Origin: an uncultured Verrucomicrobiae bacterium | GTDB lineage: Bacteria > Verrucomicrobiota > Verrucomicrobiia > Limisphaerales > Palsa-1400 | Reading direction: 5' to 3' | Length of the DNA: 64,000 bases | Assembly: GCA_963702845.1 (NCBI GenBank) | Contig: OY969763.1 | Span: 4,320,001 to 4,384,000 of the forward strand | Part shown: positions 59,749 through 64,000 of the stretch, in pieces | Position numbering within the stretch: position 1 is the stretch's first letter | Layout of the letters: each line of letters opens with the position of its first letter | The notes under the pieces: generated by a model | Database searches by the model: none | What the model was told of the DNA's origin: nothing | What the model saw: only the letters and a program-made list of their open reading frames with translations | Position numbers and translations under genes: made by a program

Positions 59749-59853
59749 GAGCGTCCAACGCAAGAAATAGCCGTTCCTGGCAATTGGGGTGTAGCGCATT
59801 GTTCCAGATTCAGTTTCAATTGCGGGACGGTTTAGCTAAACTTTTCGTTTTGG

Positions 59854-61071
59854 ATGAAAAAGGCATTAATATTTTTAATCGTTGTTGCAGTGTTGGGTGG
59901 CGGCGGTTTTTTCGGCTGGAAAAAACTTAAAGCGCAAACACCGACGCACACCGTAGTCCGGGCCACCACCGCGCAGGTGATGCTCCGTGACATTCACCTG
60001 GTGCTGGATTCTGCCGGCGATATCAGCCCGGCTGACCAGGTTTCCGTTCGCCCGGAGGTAAACGGCAAAATTGCGAACCTGCCGGTGGACATCGGCGATC
60101 AGGTCAAGAAAGGACAGGTCCTTTTTACACTCGACGATTCCGATCTGCAGGCGGAGCGATCCTCGAAAGTTTCGGAAATCTCCAGCGCCAAGCTTCAACT
60201 GGAAAAAACGGAGCGCAATTTCGAGCGCGGCGAAAAACTGTTCCGAGACAAATTGATCTCCCGCGAAGTCTACGACGATGCCAAGACCGACTTCGACATG
60301 GCAAAAAATTCGCTGGAAAAACTGAAACAGGAAATGAACCTGATGGACGTTAACATTTCGAAGACGCGCATCCTCGCCCCCTTCGATTGCACCATTCTCA
60401 CTCGTCCAGTTTCCATGGGGCAGGCTGTCTCCGGCTCAGGCGGGTTCAACAGCGGCACCGAAGTGATGACCATCGCCAACCTCGATGACATGATTATTCT
60501 CGCTCACGTCAACCAGGCCGACGTGGCGCATCTGCGTGGCGGCCAGCCGGTCGACGTTCGGGTTGAGTCTGTTCCTGACCTGAAGATGAAAGGCCAGATC
60601 GAACGCATCGCCCCACAAGCCACCATTCGCAATAACCTGAAAGGCTTTGACGTTCGCATCACTATTCATGCTATCGATAAACGGGTCCGCCCAGGTATGA
60701 CGGCGAATCTTTCGATTCCGGTCATCTCCAGCAAAGACACCCTTTCCATTCCCATTAACGCTGTCTTCACAGAGCCGAACAACGATACCAAAGACATGGA
60801 CCGTTTTGTTTACATCAAAAAAGGCGAAGATACTTACGAGCGCCGTCCGATTTCGCTAGGTGTGAGCGACAATAATTTCGCGGAAATTATCGACGGGGTG
60901 ACAACGAACGATGTCGTTACACTCGAAGAACCGCCAGACGGCGCCGAGGTGAAGAGTGTCACGGGCAAACCTCTGAAGAAGAAACGTAGCGGCAAAGGGA
61001 GCCGCGTTGCTGGCGGCGGAGGCGGCAGCAGCACCAACCGCATCAGCGCCGCGAGCCTTGTTCCAAAATAG
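59854..61071 (+). CDS. Efflux periplasmic adaptor (MacA-like)
   Basis: N-terminal anchor, VDIGDQVKKGQVL, ILAPFD, RPGMTA. Confidence 0.9.
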   Translation: MKKALIFLIVVAVLGGGGFFGWKKLKAQTPTHTVVRATTAQVMLRDIHLVLDSAGDISPADQVSVRPEVNGKIANLPVDIGDQVKKGQVLFTLDDSDLQAERSSKVSEISSAKLQLEKTERNFERGEKLFRDKLISREVYDDAKTDFDMAKNSLEKLKQEMNLMDVNISKTRILAPFDCTILTRPVSMGQAVSGSGGFNSGTEVMTIANLDDMIILAHVNQADVAHLRGGQPVDVRVESVPDLKMKGQIERIAPQATIRNNLKGFDVRITIHAIDKRVRPGMTANLSIPVISSKDTLSIPINAVFTEPNNDTKDMDRFVYIKKGEDTYERRPISLGVSDNNFAEIIDGVTTNDVVTLEEPPDGAEVKSVTGKPLKKKRSGKGSRVAGGGGGSSTNRISAASLVPK

Positions 61072-61074
61072 CCT

Positions 61075-61764
61075 ATGGCACTGGTCGAGCTCCGCAACGT
61101 CAGCAAGATTTATCATCTCGGCGGCGAAGAAATTCGCGCTTTGGATGATGTGTCGCTCGACATCGAAGCCGGTGAATTCATTTCCATCATCGGCCCATCT
61201 GGTAGCGGAAAATCCACGTTGATGCACATTCTCGGCTGCCTCGACAAACCAAGTCGCGGCACAATGGTGCTGGACGGCATTGCCATCGAGAACGCTTCAG
61301 CGGCACAACTGGCGAGTGTGCGAAACGCGAAAATCGGTTTCGTATTCCAGTTCTTCAACTTGCTGCCCAAGCTGAACGTTTTGCAAAATGTGGAACTACC
61401 GATGGTTTACAGCGGTAAGAATGCAAAACAACGCCGCGACCACGCCATGGAAGCTCTGAAAATGGTCGGCTTGGAAAATCGCATCAAACATCGGCCCATG
61501 CAGCTTTCCGGTGGTCAACAGCAACGCGTCGCCATCGCCCGAGCGTTGGTTAACAATCCAAAAATTATTTTCGCCGATGAACCGACCGGCAATCTTGATT
61601 CGAAAACGGGCGAAACGATTCTCGCGCTGTTCAAACAACTGAGCGATGAAGGCCGCACGGTCGCTCTGGTCACGCACGACGATGAAATCGCCGCGCGCAC
61701 GCCGCGACGCATTGAAATTCGCGATGGTAAAATCACCAACCTTCAAAACGCTGTCGCCTTTTAA
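61075..61764 (+). CDS. ABC transporter ATP-binding protein (MacB/LolD type)
   Basis: GPSGSGKS, LSGGQQQR, ADEPTGNLD, VTHD. Confidence 0.95.
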   Translation: MALVELRNVSKIYHLGGEEIRALDDVSLDIEAGEFISIIGPSGSGKSTLMHILGCLDKPSRGTMVLDGIAIENASAAQLASVRNAKIGFVFQFFNLLPKLNVLQNVELPMVYSGKNAKQRRDHAMEALKMVGLENRIKHRPMQLSGGQQQRVAIARALVNNPKIIFADEPTGNLDSKTGETILALFKQLSDEGRTVALVTHDDEIAARTPRRIEIRDGKITNLQNAVAF

Positions 61765-61775
61765 GTTTAATCACC

Positions 61776-63143
61776 GTGAACCATATTCTCAACGCGTTCA
61801 TCATCGGCTTTAAAGAAATCTGGGCGCATAAGTTCCGCTCAGCCTTGACGATGCTCGGGATTATTCTCGGTGTGGCCAGCCTTGTCGGCATGTCCGCGTT
61901 GGTCAAAGGAATCGAAAACGGCATGCGCGAGGCGCTGATTGCAGTCGGCGGGTTGGAAAAAGTCCGTATTGAAGAAGACGATATTCCCGCTGACCAACAG
62001 CATCTCGCCGATCAAGCCGTTGGTGTAACGATGGCCGATGTTTATGCGCTCCAGCGCAATGCTGACCTGATTCGTGCGGTCACTCCGGAAATGCGGACGC
62101 GCGACCCGATCATCACACACGGCGCTAAAACATATAGTTCAAGGTATTTCGCCGGAACGTGGCCGAGTGCTTTGGAGATGAACCAGCACACAATCCAGTA
62201 CGGCCGAATGTTTAACGAAATCGACGATGAAAATGCCCGCAACGTATGCGTCATCGGCACAGCCGTTCGCGACGCACTCTTCGGCAGTCCCGAGGAAACC
62301 GGCAAAGAAATCATTCCCGTTGGCGAAAAGGTAAACATCAAAGGCGAAGTGTTTACCATCATTGGAATGTTCCAACATTACGAAAGCGAGCAGGACGCCA
62401 AGAAACGAGAGTTGGCCAAATTGCAACCGCCCACGACGAACACCAACGGACCCGCGCGTCAGCGCAGTATGTTTGGGCGAAAAGGCAGCAGCAGCTATAT
62501 CTTCACCTGGAAAAACTCCACCATCTACATTCCGCTCAACACGATGTGGCTCAAATTCCGGTCGGCTGCGGGCAGTAATAATATTCCCGACCCACGCCTC
62601 ACCAGCTTGTCAGTGAAGGTACGTGACGTGAATCAACTGGACCCGACCATTCGTCAACTGCGCAACGTCCTCATGATTACGCATCACGCGATTGAGGACT
62701 TCGGAATTCAAACGCAGGAAGATTGGGCTCAGAGCATCAATAGCGCCGTGGCAAATGCCCGTATGAGCGGCGGCCTGATTTCGCTCATCAGCCTGCTCGT
62801 CGGTGGCATCGGAATCACGAACATCATGCTGGCCAGCATCACAGAGCGCATTCGGGAAATCGGCATCCGCAAAGCCATTGGCGCGACCTATTCGGATATC
62901 TTCATCCAGATTCTCGTCGAGAGCGTCGTCATCGCCATCATCGGCGGCGCGGCCGGATTGATCGCCTCGCTCGGTTTAGTCGAAGTGCTTACATTAATTT
63001 CGAAGGAAAACACTCCCGTGATCACCTTATCCTCAATGCTACTTGCGTTCTCGTTCAGCGCTGGCGTGGGCGTGTTGGCGGGACTTATCCCCGCACTCAA
63101 AGCTGCGAAACTCGACCCCATTCAAGCGTTGCGCTACGAGTAA
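61776..63143 (+). CDS. ABC transporter permease (MacB/FtsX type)
   Basis: RSALTMLGIILGV, GGIGITNIML, ERIREIGIRKAIGA, LDPIQALRYE. Confidence 0.93.
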   Translation: MNHILNAFIIGFKEIWAHKFRSALTMLGIILGVASLVGMSALVKGIENGMREALIAVGGLEKVRIEEDDIPADQQHLADQAVGVTMADVYALQRNADLIRAVTPEMRTRDPIITHGAKTYSSRYFAGTWPSALEMNQHTIQYGRMFNEIDDENARNVCVIGTAVRDALFGSPEETGKEIIPVGEKVNIKGEVFTIIGMFQHYESEQDAKKRELAKLQPPTTNTNGPARQRSMFGRKGSSSYIFTWKNSTIYIPLNTMWLKFRSAAGSNNIPDPRLTSLSVKVRDVNQLDPTIRQLRNVLMITHHAIEDFGIQTQEDWAQSINSAVANARMSGGLISLISLLVGGIGITNIMLASITERIREIGIRKAIGATYSDIFIQILVESVVIAIIGGAAGLIASLGLVEVLTLISKENTPVITLSSMLLAFSFSAGVGVLAGLIPALKAAKLDPIQALRYE

Positions 63144-63193
63144 CACACGTTTTGCTTGGATTGACCAATGCAGCCGTTATCTTTGTCGAACCT

Positions 63194-64000
63194 ATGAAAA
63201 CACGCTCTGTTCTTCGTGCGCTCTCGTACGTCGTTGCTGCCGTCCTGACCACCTCGACGATTTTCGCCGCCGACAAAGCGACCAAGCACGTTTTGTTCTT
63301 CAATAAGTCGTCTGGCTTCGAACACTCCGCCATCAAACACGCTCCGGGCGAACTTGCCGCTGCCGAGCAGGTCCTCAAGGAACTCGGCGCCAAGCACAAC
63401 ATCGAATTCACGTTCACCAAAGACGGCACGATGTTCACACCAGAGAATCTGAAGAAGTTCGATGCCTTCATGTTCTACACCACCGGCGATCTGACCACGG
63501 TCGGCACCGACGGCAATCCCGCGATGAGCAAAGAAGCCAAGGCCATGTTTCTTCAAGCGATCCACAACGGAAAAGGTTTTGTGGGTGTCCACAGTGCCAC
63601 CGACACATTTCACTCTCCTGGCGGCGAAAAGAACAGTCCCGCCCGCTATAAGAACGACGGCGACAATGCCGATCCCTACATCAAAATGATCGGCGGCGAA
63701 TTCATCAAACACGGCCAACAACAACCAGGGCACATGATTTGCGTGGACAAAAAGTTTCCCGGCATGAGCGACGTTCCGGCTGACTTCGCTCCGGTGGAAG
63801 AGTGGTACTCGCTCAAGGATTTCGCGCCGAACATGCACGTGTTGCTCGTTCAGGACACGTCCAAGATGCACGGCAAAATTTACGAACGCCCGAACTATCC
63901 CGCGACCTGGGCGCACATGTACGGCAAAGGCCGCGTATTTTACACCAACATGGGCCATCGCGAAGATGTCTGGACGAACTCAGTGTTCCAATCCGTTTTG
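63194..64000 (+). CDS. ThuA-like domain secreted protein, runs off the window end
   Basis: ATG 63194; signal peptide; KSSGFEHSAI, FYTTG, GFVGVHSATD, EEWY, GKGRVFYTNMGH. Confidence 0.88.
   Translation, partial: MKTRSVLRALSYVVAAVLTTSTIFAADKATKHVLFFNKSSGFEHSAIKHAPGELAAAEQVLKELGAKHNIEFTFTKDGTMFTPENLKKFDAFMFYTTGDLTTVGTDGNPAMSKEAKAMFLQAIHNGKGFVGVHSATDTFHSPGGEKNSPARYKNDGDNADPYIKMIGGEFIKHGQQQPGHMICVDKKFPGMSDVPADFAPVEEWYSLKDFAPNMHVLLVQDTSKMHGKIYERPNYPATWAHMYGKGRVFYTNMGHREDVWTNSVFQSVL

Noticed and set aside
63134..63958. 274-aa minus-strand ORF
   Set aside because: Shadow of the plus-strand ThuA-like gene, which the track misses because it runs off the window

Overview
Bacterial chromosomal window, probably Verrucomicrobiota of the Pedosphaera type. 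This is inferred from gene style (H-X9-DG prepilin-like, ThuA and PQQ-propeller proteins), not tested. Left to right: (1) the right end of a genomic island at tRNA-Asp(GTC), with an intact tyrosine integrase and a prepilin-like gene bracketed by 41-bp direct repeats; (2) a surface-glycan locus (flippase, three glycosyltransferases, HldC-like adenylyltransferase) that also carries a stand-alone A-PCP-TE NRPS with a proline-like code and a Cys thioesterase, a nucleotide pyrophosphatase and a Pol-beta-type nucleotidyltransferase; (3) a response regulator and a TonB receptor-YfiR-hybrid kinase operon; (4) a uORF/antiterminator/terminator leader, three small ORFs and an RtcB2-type RNA ligase with no prfH beside it; (5) a ~28-kb island at tRNA-Arg(TCG) with a truncated integrase, in which two ~355-bp diverged non-coding direct repeats enclose a ~24-kb GntR-associated catabolic cluster of unknown substrate; (6) core genes (beta-helix protein, glutamate dehydrogenase, PQQ propeller, ThpR, MacAB-like exporter, ThuA). 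Many genes between ~8.3 and 21 kb carry single-base indels that look like sequencing errors. All family calls come from motif recognition by eye; no searches were run.
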